A stretch of DNA of 61,708 nucleotides, filler included. It is 3 parts of 3 records of this genome, joined end to end, with 100 filler letters (N's around TTAATTAATTAA, not from the genome) between each part and the next. Parts side by side here need not be neighbours in the genome. Positions count along the whole stretch, not along the records: positions 1 to 16,934 come from SRR22947725_4458; positions 17,035 to 30,065 come from SRR22947725_4460; 1 more part is not named here. The stretch is one strand, 5' to 3'. Below are positions 10,334-19,189 of this stretch, in pieces (within the stretch, counting starts at the first letter, position 1; every line of letters starts with the position of its first letter). The position numbers and the translations under genes were made by a program. The notes under the pieces were generated by a model. The model was given only the letters and a program-made list of their open reading frames with translations, was not told the origin of the DNA and made no database searches.

Positions 10334-11089
10334 TTATGTTGGTAATCCCATCAATTTTGTACCCGATTTATCAATCTCTTCAGCCTGCTTAATCAATTTA
10401 ACATTTATTTCAAATTGTCGCTGCATATCCATGTTGAATACCATCTCTTCAATTGCATTAACGTTGGAACCCTCCAAAACCCCTTGGGCAAATAAACCAG
10501 ACTGATCAACATCAGGCACAGAACCATCCAAGTTACGAATTTTGCCATCTAAACTCTTAGTCAAGCTGTTGGACGGTGGGGATGCAGAACCCAAAAATCC
10601 AATACTGGTGAAGTCACCCGGCAAAGCTCCAGGCTGATGTACTAATACCTCGCCGTTATCACTGAACTTCATAGCCGTAAACGGAGGCAAGACTATGGGC
10701 TGCAGGCCATCAGACAATACAAGGTTACCAACACCATCGACGAGACGATTTTCAGTATCAACACCAAAGTCACCACGTCGAGATAGTGCAACTTCGCCAT
10801 CCGGTGGTTGGATGAATAAATACGCACCATTCAACAAGGCAACATCAGTTTCTACACCAGTATTTTGAAGTTGTCCTACCTCACTAGAGAAAATTCGATC
10901 TCCCGTTTCCAGCGGGAATATTCTCGCTGTGGCTTGGTTCAAAGACGACAAAAACCCAGCGTTACCCTCGTTAGGTAAATCTCGACGAAAGCCTGGCACA
11001 TTAGCATTTGCCAAGTTATTGGCCAAATCAAATTTAAGATCTTTTAGACCCGTAATTGAGCTTAATGCCGTTTGAACCATTCTATCCAT
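10334..11089 (-). CDS. flgF: Proximal rod protein FlgF
   Basis: MDRMVQTAL...ANNLANANVPGFRRD, C-terminal LEGSNVNAIEEM...RQFEINVKLI; position between flgE and flgG. Confidence 0.93.
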   Translation of the reverse strand: MDRMVQTALSSITGLKDLKFDLANNLANANVPGFRRDLPNEGNAGFLSSLNQATARIFPLETGDRIFSSEVGQLQNTGVETDVALLNGAYLFIQPPDGEVALSRRGDFGVDTENRLVDGVGNLVLSDGLQPIVLPPFTAMKFSDNGEVLVHQPGALPGDFTSIGFLGSASPPSNSLTKSLDGKIRNLDGSVPDVDQSGLFAQGVLEGSNVNAIEEMVFNMDMQRQFEINVKLIKQAEEIDKSGTKLMGLPT

Positions 11090-11105
11090 AGCGTAGAACC
11101 TTTAA

Positions 11106-14100
11106 TTATAGCCTAATGTTAATAATAGTCTGCGTCATGCTAGTTGTAGTTTCCATTGCCTTTGCCGCAGCTTGGTAATTCCGTTGGGCGGTTATTAAGT
11201 TTACCAGTTCTTCCGTAATGTCCACATTGGAACGCTCCAGAGAACCCGAAAGAATATTTCCAAACCCATCCTCAGCAGCTTCACCTAGTTCTGGATCACC
11301 ACTCGCAGCCGTCGACGTAAACGTAGAATTACCAATTTGCTTGAGCCCACTATTGTTACTAAAGTTAGCGATGATTATTTTACCCAAGCTTACATTTTCA
11401 CCATTCGAGTATCCTGCCAGAACATTTCCATAGTTATCAATTTCCAGATTCGTTAACCGACCAGACGCAGCTCCATCTTGGCTAACGTTTTGCGCAGAAA
11501 ATGGTTGTGCAAATTGAGTGGCTTCAGAAAAATCAACCGTGATGCTAGCGTTTGGTAATCCGTCATAACTTACTTTAGTTATTGGACTAATTAATTCTCC
11601 AGCCTTGTTAAAGGTAAGCTCTCCATCATCCAAATATAAAGGATAAAAATCTTCAACGATGTTATCAGCAAAGTCATCTGTGCGCGTAGTGATCTCACCG
11701 GTAGGTGACACAAACAATGGACGCCCCAAATTATCTGTAGCTTGCGTCGGTGTCTTTATTTCAGTGGTGTTTCCTATTCCCAATGGAATATCTTGCAAAC
11801 CAAATCGCAGAGCGCCATCAATTTTAAAAGTCGATGTGTCACCCATTGTACCTGTTGTGAACACAAAATTATTGTTCGCAGCATTGTAGCTAACATCCAC
11901 ACCACCGACTGGCTGCCCCGTAATCGGATGCTGCATTTGATTAATCCTTGCTTCCAAAGCGGTAGCCATCGTTATGCCAGTATAGTTTTTCTCTGGCAGT
12001 TCAATGAACGCACTTACTCCATTGACAACAACATTAAATCTATTCTCGTCGCCTACAGTCGTAAGTGTGAAGGCATTTTGCATGTCAATAAGTGCCTCAG
12101 CTCCCGTCGCAACCGCTGGAGTAGATCTGATACCAGTAGCAGCAGTATAGCCAACCTCACCCTCACGTGGAAAGCCAAGGACCTGGTTTGTACCCGCACC
12201 AATCTTGTGCGCCGTGTATGCTGCTGCATCAGTGGGGTCTTTTTCCCCCAAGATGGTTAATTTATAGCGCCCAATGCTAATGTCAGACTTAGATTGGTTC
12301 GCAGAAACACCTTGCACGCTGTTGGCTGCTAGCGCCTCACCAGTAGACCCACTCTTAAATTCAAATGCATTATTGACGGTATCAAAATAAACATCCATGC
12401 CGAAGCGCTGGTTTTGAGCCTGCACAGCAGGACCATCATTTATAAATGAGTTGCCAATCGCTTTATCGTCGCCGGCAAGGCTAATGTCTTTATTATTGCC
12501 GTAGGCCTGAATACCTATACCGTTCGTGCCTGCTGAAAGAACCTGACTATAAACAGTAAAGTTATTCATCCCAAGGCCAGTGCCCAGTCCCAACTGCGCG
12601 TTATCAGCATCAAATGTTAATCGTTGTTCTTTATCATCATAATTAATTTTTATTGCAGGATTTCGATCATCAACCCAATTAGTGCTCAACGTATTTGTAT
12701 TGAGTCCCAAAGTAGACAACGCTTGGCCAGACGCTAGTGTCCCGGTAAAAGCCAGCGCAGCTCCACCAGCATTTGTTGTTGTGGTTTGAGCCGCTGTTCT
12801 TTTAGCCGATGCGCCGATTTCTTGAACAACAATTTTGTTGGTATAAAAAGCTTCATTTACACCATCCACTAGGCCCTCAGTATCCTCAAAATATGCGACA
12901 ATGTGATCTGACGGTTTTGCTAAAACTTGGATTGGACGCTCGGTAGCTGCGTTAATGGCCGGGAAGGTCGCACCATTCATAGCATAATCTAATGTTACTC
13001 TGTAATGGTTAGAAGACGCCCCAGTTGTTGTCACTTCTGTGACTGCAATATCTTTGTCACCAAACATGGCTGTCATCGCACTTGTAGTTTTACCATTAGC
13101 AGGAAATTGCATAAACCGAACCGTTTCAGGCGTAAGTGTGAACCCAGACGTCGGAACCTCAAAATATGGTTTTCCGGCATGTGGTGTGCCAGCGGCGTGA
13201 ACACCAAATCCAGCAGCCAGTCTTGCTGCGACATTGTTATCATATGCTTTTACGGTAGGTATATTAGCAGAAGCTCCTGTCGCGTCATTCGAGTAAGCTA
13301 AATACCTTGAAGTAGTTACTAGATTGCCACCAGCATCATTGGTTTTGTGAGTTACAGTTGCAATATCATTACCTGTAATTCTTGCCACAGGAATACCCGC
13401 AGCAGGGATAGCGGTGTTGGGAATTACACCAGATACGAGTTTTTTGAACAATCTACCATCAGCATTAAGGGCTGCAACATTTGCTGCATTTACGCCAGCG
13501 GCGCCCGCCCCGCCAACTTCATGAATATACGCATTCAATTCATCATTTATCCGAACCTGTGCGTGGCTTAAAAAATTTGTTTGAGTCATGCCAGCCTTAG
13601 CTTCCGCTGCGGTGTTGACTATAGATGCCTCATGCAAGTCTACTACAATCGGCGTTGCAAGCCCAGTAGACAATCCGTCACCAGTCGTAACCTTCAAATC
13701 AATACTAAATTTATTATCGACATCGTCAGTTAGCTGAATTTTTTTATCGTCTCCAAACGCATTTTTAGTAGCCACTTCAACCGCCGCAGCCAATTGAGTG
13801 CCGTTATATGTCCCAGGAGGGATGTCAATTGAGACTGGACCGCTTGCATCTACGTCAACTAAAAGAAAATCTTTGCCCCAAAAAGTTGATCCAGTTGGAT
13901 TTGCTGTACCGTTAAGACTTTGATATTCACGAGTTGCCTTAAATTGAAGTGGATCAGTTACAATCGTGACAGTTCGGCCATCACCCAAGAATGTTTCAAT
14001 CCCATTCGACTTAAGGGTCGCAGGCGTTGAATCAGTGGCAGCTCCAAGGGCATCAGCCTTATAAAGAGGAAACCCCTTACCCTCTAAAATGTAGGCGGGA

Positions 14101-14891
14101 TCCTGCGGGAGATTAGTTTGTTGCCCAAATTTATCAATATATAAAGCGGCCTCTTGCGGATCAACAGCACGTGTAAGTCTAGGAGTTATCTCCAGTCCAT
14201 CCACCATTAATTTAGTATCATACTTAAACGTTGGATCCGCATCTGTAGAACTTTGCGTTTTCAAATAAAATACAGTAGCGGATTGAGGATTCCCTGAACG
14301 ATCAAAAATAGTCACCGATGAGTTGGATGTGTATGTTTCAGGATCGTCTGGATCAAAAATATTATCCGCAGGCAATACTGGAGAGTCAGACGAAAGATTT
14401 ACGCCCATTGACATCGTGGTAGTTTGCTTCGGCTCACCATACTCAGACTTCAATTGTAGCTTATTTGACCCGGACAACGTTTTGTCAGACACAGCACCAT
14501 CGTCATCCACTGGATAACCCAACAAAAATTGCCCGTTACTGTCGACTATGAAGCCATTGTCATCGACGTTGAATGCACCATTTCTTGTGTAGACAGTTTG
14601 CTGCGCGTTACCGCCAGCTTGCAATGCAAAAAATCCTTGCCCCGAAATTGCCATGTCCAATGAATTGGAAGACGTAGCTATATTACCTTGCGAAAATTGT
14701 TGGGTAATAGACTTTGTTAGTGTACCAACACCAACTGACTTAGCCTGCAGGGGAGTAGACCCATAAATATCACCAAATTCTGCCCGGCTTTTTTTAAAGC
14801 CATTTGAGCCAACGTTAGCGATATTGTTTGAGGTTGTGGAAATATCGGTCTGTGCGCCTTTGAGGCCGGTAAGTGCGGTATAAAACGACAT
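11106..14891 (-). CDS. flgE: Flagellar hook protein FlgE, giant (~1261 aa)
   Basis: MSFYTALTGL...SNNIANVGSNGFKKSRAEFGDIY, QQFSQG, YTRNGAF, FDPDDPETYT, C-terminal QDG..SGRL, LERSNVDITEELVNLITAQRNYQA; GGAG RBS before the ATG at 14891. Confidence 0.95.
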   Translation of the reverse strand: MSFYTALTGLKGAQTDISTTSNNIANVGSNGFKKSRAEFGDIYGSTPLQAKSVGVGTLTKSITQQFSQGNIATSSNSLDMAISGQGFFALQAGGNAQQTVYTRNGAFNVDDNGFIVDSNGQFLLGYPVDDDGAVSDKTLSGSNKLQLKSEYGEPKQTTTMSMGVNLSSDSPVLPADNIFDPDDPETYTSNSSVTIFDRSGNPQSATVFYLKTQSSTDADPTFKYDTKLMVDGLEITPRLTRAVDPQEAALYIDKFGQQTNLPQDPAYILEGKGFPLYKADALGAATDSTPATLKSNGIETFLGDGRTVTIVTDPLQFKATREYQSLNGTANPTGSTFWGKDFLLVDVDASGPVSIDIPPGTYNGTQLAAAVEVATKNAFGDDKKIQLTDDVDNKFSIDLKVTTGDGLSTGLATPIVVDLHEASIVNTAAEAKAGMTQTNFLSHAQVRINDELNAYIHEVGGAGAAGVNAANVAALNADGRLFKKLVSGVIPNTAIPAAGIPVARITGNDIATVTHKTNDAGGNLVTTSRYLAYSNDATGASANIPTVKAYDNNVAARLAAGFGVHAAGTPHAGKPYFEVPTSGFTLTPETVRFMQFPANGKTTSAMTAMFGDKDIAVTEVTTTGASSNHYRVTLDYAMNGATFPAINAATERPIQVLAKPSDHIVAYFEDTEGLVDGVNEAFYTNKIVVQEIGASAKRTAAQTTTTNAGGAALAFTGTLASGQALSTLGLNTNTLSTNWVDDRNPAIKINYDDKEQRLTFDADNAQLGLGTGLGMNNFTVYSQVLSAGTNGIGIQAYGNNKDISLAGDDKAIGNSFINDGPAVQAQNQRFGMDVYFDTVNNAFEFKSGSTGEALAANSVQGVSANQSKSDISIGRYKLTILGEKDPTDAAAYTAHKIGAGTNQVLGFPREGEVGYTAATGIRSTPAVATGAEALIDMQNAFTLTTVGDENRFNVVVNGVSAFIELPEKNYTGITMATALEARINQMQHPITGQPVGGVDVSYNAANNNFVFTTGTMGDTSTFKIDGALRFGLQDIPLGIGNTTEIKTPTQATDNLGRPLFVSPTGEITTRTDDFADNIVEDFYPLYLDDGELTFNKAGELISPITKVSYDGLPNASITVDFSEATQFAQPFSAQNVSQDGAASGRLTNLEIDNYGNVLAGYSNGENVSLGKIIIANFSNNSGLKQIGNSTFTSTAASGDPELGEAAEDGFGNILSGSLERSNVDITEELVNLITAQRNYQAAAKAMETTTSMTQTIINIRL

Positions 14892-14939
14892 CAAGTCACT
14901 CCTTGCAGAAACTTAGTTCAATTCTTGTTGGATAAGTCG

Positions 14940-14956
14940 TGCAATATACATGCCAA
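14940..14956 (-). promoter_or_regulatory. sigma54 promoter upstream of flgE
   Basis: Minus strand TTGGCATGTATATTGCA in the ~110-nt flgD-flgE gap; correct spacing. Confidence 0.82.
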
Positions 14957-15005
14957 AACTAACCAACTAATTATTTTTGGAGCCAGATGCTCCTTGGTAG
15001 TTAAC

Positions 15006-15698
15006 TTATCTAAAGTTGACGGCGTTGCTGACGTCCATTTCACCGAAGTCTTCAACATCGATAAGAACACTTTCAGAATTCCCAGACCCTATAGAAGCGG
15101 ACAACACTCGTGCATAAACAGATGGGTTCAATTCCTGCGGACCTTCACCGAAGTTTATGGTGGCGTTAATCTGAAGGCGGCGATTAGAATTCTGAATTTC
15201 GTCAGGAATATTTTTCCACGAAAAACCAACTAAACCAGCGGCCTGTGGGCCTAAGTCCATGACATTAAGTTCTTCTCCGCTATCAGCGTCACTTATCACA
15301 ACTCTGGCCATGCTGGTCGCCTGAGGTAAATCTAAAACACCATGCAACTCACCCTTATCATCCGGCCGGGATATGTTCCCTGGAACCAAAACCGAGTGCC
15401 CTAATAAATTCGAAGCAGTCGCAATACGGCCCTGATCAAACTTTTCCACAAGAGTTTTCAATGACGAATTAACTTCTTCGATGCCTGTCACTGTGGAGAA
15501 TTGCGCCATTTGAGCAATAAAATCCCCATTATCCATTGGAGCAAACGGGTCCTGATTTTGCAACTGAGTGGTCATCAGCTTTAGAAAATCGGACTGGCCT
15601 AACGTATCAGAGCTAGCTTTGTTAACGTCTTTGTTTGTAGATATTCCTAATTTTTCGAAAAGCGCAGTTTGTGCTGCAGACGGATCAATTGACGACAT
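15006..15698 (-). CDS. flgD: Hook-capping protein FlgD
   Basis: LGQSDFLKLMTTQLQNQDPFAPMDNGDFIAQMAQFSTVTGI. Confidence 0.96.
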   Translation of the reverse strand: MSSIDPSAAQTALFEKLGISTNKDVNKASSDTLGQSDFLKLMTTQLQNQDPFAPMDNGDFIAQMAQFSTVTGIEEVNSSLKTLVEKFDQGRIATASNLLGHSVLVPGNISRPDDKGELHGVLDLPQATSMARVVISDADSGEELNVMDLGPQAAGLVGFSWKNIPDEIQNSNRRLQINATINFGEGPQELNPSVYARVLSASIGSGNSESVLIDVEDFGEMDVSNAVNFR

Positions 15699-15711
15699 AA
15701 TGTTTCTAACC

Positions 15712-16128
15712 TCACTTACCCATACTAATTGTACGCATCATCAAGCCACGCAACGTTGTGACCATTTCTACGTTGTTTTCGTATTGCCGAGACGCCTCTA
15801 GCATCTCTACTAATTCTTCATCTACGTTCACCGCTGCAGTATATATGAACCCATCTTTGTCGGCCTTTGGATGCCCAGGCTGATATGACTTCTCAGCGGG
15901 CCGATCGACTGTAATAATTTCATCAACGTCAACGGAAGACACACCAGTCTTTTGAACATCATCTGCATAAACTGATTTAAACACTGCCTTTATGGCTTTG
16001 TAGGCTTCGGCATCAGAAGACGCGACAGTTCTTGCGTTGGCCAAATTACTCGCAACTGTGTTAAGACGCACCATCTGGGCAGACATACCCCTACCGGCGA
16101 TATCGAAAATGTTTTTAATATCCGACAA
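15712..16128 (-). CDS. flgC: Rod protein FlgC
   Basis: IFDIAGRGMSAQMVRLNTVASNLANA, YQPGHPKADKDGF, VNVDEELVEMLEASRQYENN. Confidence 0.96.
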   Translation of the reverse strand: MSDIKNIFDIAGRGMSAQMVRLNTVASNLANARTVASSDAEAYKAIKAVFKSVYADDVQKTGVSSVDVDEIITVDRPAEKSYQPGHPKADKDGFIYTAAVNVDEELVEMLEASRQYENNVEMVTTLRGLMMRTISMGK

Positions 16129-16129
16129 G

Positions 16130-16516
16130 CTATTCTCCTTTAATGGCCGACATTAAGCCACTGAATTTTCGGTTTAAAAATTCCAAAGAGGTTTGGTATC
16201 GCATTACATTTTCAGAAAACTGCATCTGCTCAACGTGGAGCTCTACAGTGTTGCCATCAACAGACGGGTTTATTGATTGTCGAAATTGAGCCGCCTCATC
16301 ACCACTACCAGTATAAAATTTAAAATGACGTTCATTAGAAACATTTACAGGTCCGACATCCATTCGAGCCTGCAGCGCCTGATTGAAGTCAATATCCCTA
16401 GCCTTAAAGTTCGGTGTCGCAGAGTTCACAATATTGGATGCCAAAATTTCATTTCGTTTGGATCGCAGATTTAATGCGTCCGCATGCGTCTGTATATGAT
16501 TTGCTATCGACTTCAT
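16130..16516 (-). CDS. flgB: Rod protein FlgB
   Basis: ALNLRSKRNEILASNIVNSATPNFKARDIDF, SVDGNTVE, YQTSLEFL. Confidence 0.96.
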   Translation of the reverse strand: MKSIANHIQTHADALNLRSKRNEILASNIVNSATPNFKARDIDFNQALQARMDVGPVNVSNERHFKFYTGSGDEAAQFRQSINPSVDGNTVELHVEQMQFSENVMRYQTSLEFLNRKFSGLMSAIKGE

Positions 16517-16557
16517 TTTACGATCATCACTTGCAATGTTACGTTTGGTGTGGATGT

Positions 16558-16574
16558 TGCAAGGAGTGTGCCAA
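16558..16574 (-). promoter_or_regulatory. sigma54 promoter upstream of flgB
   Basis: Minus strand TTGGCACACTCCTTGCA, ~40 nt upstream of the flgB ATG. Confidence 0.88.
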
Positions 16575-16594
16575 CTAATCAGTGGAGATTTGAG

Positions 16595-16934
16595 ATGAAT
16601 GAGAACAACGATAAATCACTCTCAGCGGTAATGCTAAAGGCACGCAATAAAATTTTAATTGAATTTGGAGACTACTCCTTTGACCAAGCTCTAGATGAAA
16701 TCAAAAATTCTCTAGCTACGGAAAAAGATCGTGCCAAGCGGCTGACACTATTATCTGCTAAAAGCTGGATTATTCGAAACAAGGTTTACGCAATGATGCA
16801 CGAACCATTCGTGTATTCACTAAATGAATTAGAAAATACAAATATTTTTTCAGACTTCGAAGCCGAAGATTCAGGTGGTATAACTGGTCTTTTTGATGAC
16901 GATGACGATGGCGATGGCGATGGCGATGGCGATG
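16595..16934 (+). CDS. Hypothetical protein divergent from flgB, acidic Asp/Gly tail, truncated by contig end
   Basis: GGAG RBS then ATG at 16595 (MNENNDK...); frame stays open to the contig end; no family recognised. Confidence 0.55.
16895..16934 (+). repeat. Hexamer simple repeat (GATGAC)2(GATGGC)4GATG at contig end
   Basis: Directly visible; encodes DDDDDGDGDGDGD. Confidence 0.9.
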
Positions 16935-17034
16935 NNNNNNNNNNNNNNNNNNNNNNNNNNNNNNNNNNNNNNNNNNNNTTAATTAATTAANNNNNNNNNN
17001 NNNNNNNNNNNNNNNNNNNNNNNNNNNNNNNNNN
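16935..17034. other. Artificial contig spacer (44 N + TTAATTAATTAA + 44 N)
   Basis: Linker has stops in all six frames; composition and gene content change abruptly across it. Confidence 0.98.
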
Positions 17035-17035
17035 C

Positions 17036-17275
17036 TGGGGGCAGGCCAGAGTTGACCACTTCAACAAACACGGCGAGGTCGTGGATTCGGTCGAGGTAGC
17101 TTCTCCGCACTCGACAAGCCTCTGTTTTGCGGGGGATGATCTAAACATCCTTGTCTGCACCTCTGCCCTCTTCGCAATGGACGAGGCGACCATGGGCCAA
17201 TATCCGAATCGCGGGGATATCTTCTCGGTTGACTTAGGAGTTTCTGGAAGGCCAGCAAACTCCCTTTTCACCTAG
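17036..17275 (+). CDS. SMP-30/gluconolactonase/LRE family protein, C-terminal fragment
   Basis: WGQARVDHFNKHGEVVDSVEVASPHSTSLCFAGDDLNILVCTSA matches the last propeller blades of this family; 5' end cut by the contig edge. Confidence 0.8.
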   Translation, partial: WGQARVDHFNKHGEVVDSVEVASPHSTSLCFAGDDLNILVCTSALFAMDEATMGQYPNRGDIFSVDLGVSGRPANSLFT

Positions 17276-17343
17276 TTCCGACAGTTTCATCAATTGCCTT
17301 TGAGCGCAGCGTCTCCTGAGGACTTTTCGTTACCCTTGGAATC

Positions 17344-18312
17344 ATGAGCCTTGAGTTTCAGCCCGATAGAAACCTTGCGATGGAGCTGGTCCGGGCGACT
17401 GAGGCAGCAGCGATTAGGTCCTTTCCCTTCATCGGTCGCGGCGACAAAAATGGTGCTGATGGCGCTGCTGTGGATGCAATGCGGGCATTCTTAGGAACCG
17501 TTCACTTTGAGGGCAAAGTTGTAATTGGTGAGGGCGAAAAGGACAACGCCCCAATGCTCTTTAATGGTGAAATCCTGGGAACAGGCAGCGGCCCAAGGGT
17601 TGATATCGCAGTAGACCCAATTGATGGCACCTCCCTCACGGCTGCGGGGCGCATGAATGCAATCTCAGTTATTGCCGTTTCAGACCGGGGCACGATGCTG
17701 GATGCATCATCGGTTTTCAAGATGAACAAACTTGTGGTCGGCAAGCCCGGGGTTGGCGTTTGCGACTTAAGCATATCTATCGCGGAAAACATTAGGGAAT
17801 ATTCCAAGAGCGCAGGTAAGCCGGTTGATGAGGTTCTGGTCGCGGTATTAGATCGGGATTACAACCAAGGAGTTGTTGATGAGGTGCGCAGTGCTGGTGC
17901 CGCTACAAGGTTGCTTAGAGATGGCGATGTTGCAGCTGGCATTCAAGCAGCTCGCTCGGAGTCGCGAATCGACATTGCCCTCGGAGTCGGAGGCTCGCCC
18001 GAGGGTGTAATTACCGCGGCTGGAGTAAGGGCGCTTGGTGGTCAGATGCAGGGAATTCTCCACCCTTTGAGCGAGGAGGAGAGGTTGAGGGGCGGTGAGG
18101 CTGGACTGAGGTTTGACCACGTGTATCAAATGAATGAAATGGTTAGCTCTGACAATACTTTCTTTGTTGCGACCGGTGTCACAGACGGACCCTTGGTTTC
18201 GGGGGTGCGAAAGCGAGGCGAAGTTATTTTCGCTGAGTCGATTGTTGTGCGGGGCAAATCCGGGACCGTCCGCAAGGTCTTTGCAGAGTACCAAGCCTCC
18301 CGGTGGTTGTAA
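17344..18312 (+). CDS. glpX: Class II fructose-1,6-bisphosphatase (GlpX family), atypical substrate-binding residues
   Basis: PDRNLAMELVRATEAAA, GRGDKNGADGAAV, VIGEGEKD, VDPIDGT, DGDV, GGSPEG, ATGVTDG. Confidence 0.9.
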   Translation: MSLEFQPDRNLAMELVRATEAAAIRSFPFIGRGDKNGADGAAVDAMRAFLGTVHFEGKVVIGEGEKDNAPMLFNGEILGTGSGPRVDIAVDPIDGTSLTAAGRMNAISVIAVSDRGTMLDASSVFKMNKLVVGKPGVGVCDLSISIAENIREYSKSAGKPVDEVLVAVLDRDYNQGVVDEVRSAGAATRLLRDGDVAAGIQAARSESRIDIALGVGGSPEGVITAAGVRALGGQMQGILHPLSEEERLRGGEAGLRFDHVYQMNEMVSSDNTFFVATGVTDGPLVSGVRKRGEVIFAESIVVRGKSGTVRKVFAEYQASRWL

Positions 18313-18379
18313 TTACTCGTTAGGTAGTTCCTTCGCAGCAGATTAAGGCGTAGCCTGAGAAAGAACTAAGGGGGCCAAA

Positions 18380-19186
18380 TTGGCTAAGAAACAAAGAACA
18401 CAGGATGAATACATCGCAAGATTGCGCAGCTACAACGTAGTTGCCGGATTCCTCCACCTCGCTCAGGCAGCTGGCCTCAGCTTTGTCCTAACTCTGTTGG
18501 ACAACCAGATCCTTTTCCCAGTAACGATTGAATACCCGACAGGCCCTCCAGGGGTTCCACTTCCACCAGAGCGGGTTGAGCTCTTCGACATCAACATCGG
18601 CGCTGGCGTTATCGGCTTTCTGCTGCTCTCTGCCTTCTTCCACTTCTTGATTTCTTCGCCCTGGTTCTTCTCTCGCTACAAGGGCGGACTAAAGCAAAAC
18701 CGCAACTACTTCCGTTGGGTTGAGTATTCGCTCTCCTCCTCGGTGATGATCTGGTTGATTGCGCAGCTTACGGGCGTATCGGGCTTTGCTGCCCTCACCG
18801 GAATCTTCGCTGTAAACGCCTCGATGATCTTCTTTGGAGCACTGCAGGAGAAGTATGAGGAGCCAGGCAACGGCCAGGGCCTTCCATTCATCATGGGTTC
18901 GATCACGGGCATCGTGCCTTGGCTTATCTTGATCGTTTACACAATCCAGCCGGGTAGTGAAAATGCTGCTGAGATTCCTGGATTTGTCTACGGCATCATC
19001 GTGGCGCTGTTCCTGTTCTTCAACACCTTCGCCTTTAACCAGGCGTTCCAGTACAAGAAGATTGGTCCCTGGAAGAACTACCTCTACGGCGAGGCAACCT
19101 ATATCACGCTGAGCCTGGTTGCGAAGTCCGTGCTGGCTTGGCAGGTGTTCTCAGGAGCCATCATCCCGGCGATTGCAAGCACCTAG
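18380..19186 (+). CDS. Heliorhodopsin (HeR)
   Basis: Seven hydrophobic segments, basic N-terminus, GFLHLAQ, SAFFH, NYFRWVEYSLSSS, YLYGE..YITLSLVAKS (retinal-binding Lys in SLVAK). Confidence 0.95.
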   Translation: MAKKQRTQDEYIARLRSYNVVAGFLHLAQAAGLSFVLTLLDNQILFPVTIEYPTGPPGVPLPPERVELFDINIGAGVIGFLLLSAFFHFLISSPWFFSRYKGGLKQNRNYFRWVEYSLSSSVMIWLIAQLTGVSGFAALTGIFAVNASMIFFGALQEKYEEPGNGQGLPFIMGSITGIVPWLILIVYTIQPGSENAAEIPGFVYGIIVALFLFFNTFAFNQAFQYKKIGPWKNYLYGEATYITLSLVAKSVLAWQVFSGAIIPAIAST

Positions 19187-19189
19187 AGT

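Noticed and set aside
11218-15801. Plus-strand ORFs opposite flgE and flgD
   Set aside because: Antisense shadow ORFs with no independent support
16979-16990. TTAATTAATTAA palindrome (also at 30110-30121)
   Set aside because: Synthetic six-frame-stop linker flanked by exactly 44 N on each side
16987-17271. Minus-strand ORFs running into the N spacer
   Set aside because: The plus-strand frame encodes a clear SMP-30-family C-terminus
16484-19186. Heliorhodopsin close to a flagellar cluster, suggesting a phototaxis system
   Set aside because: They are on different contigs separated by an artificial spacer and appear to come from different phyla
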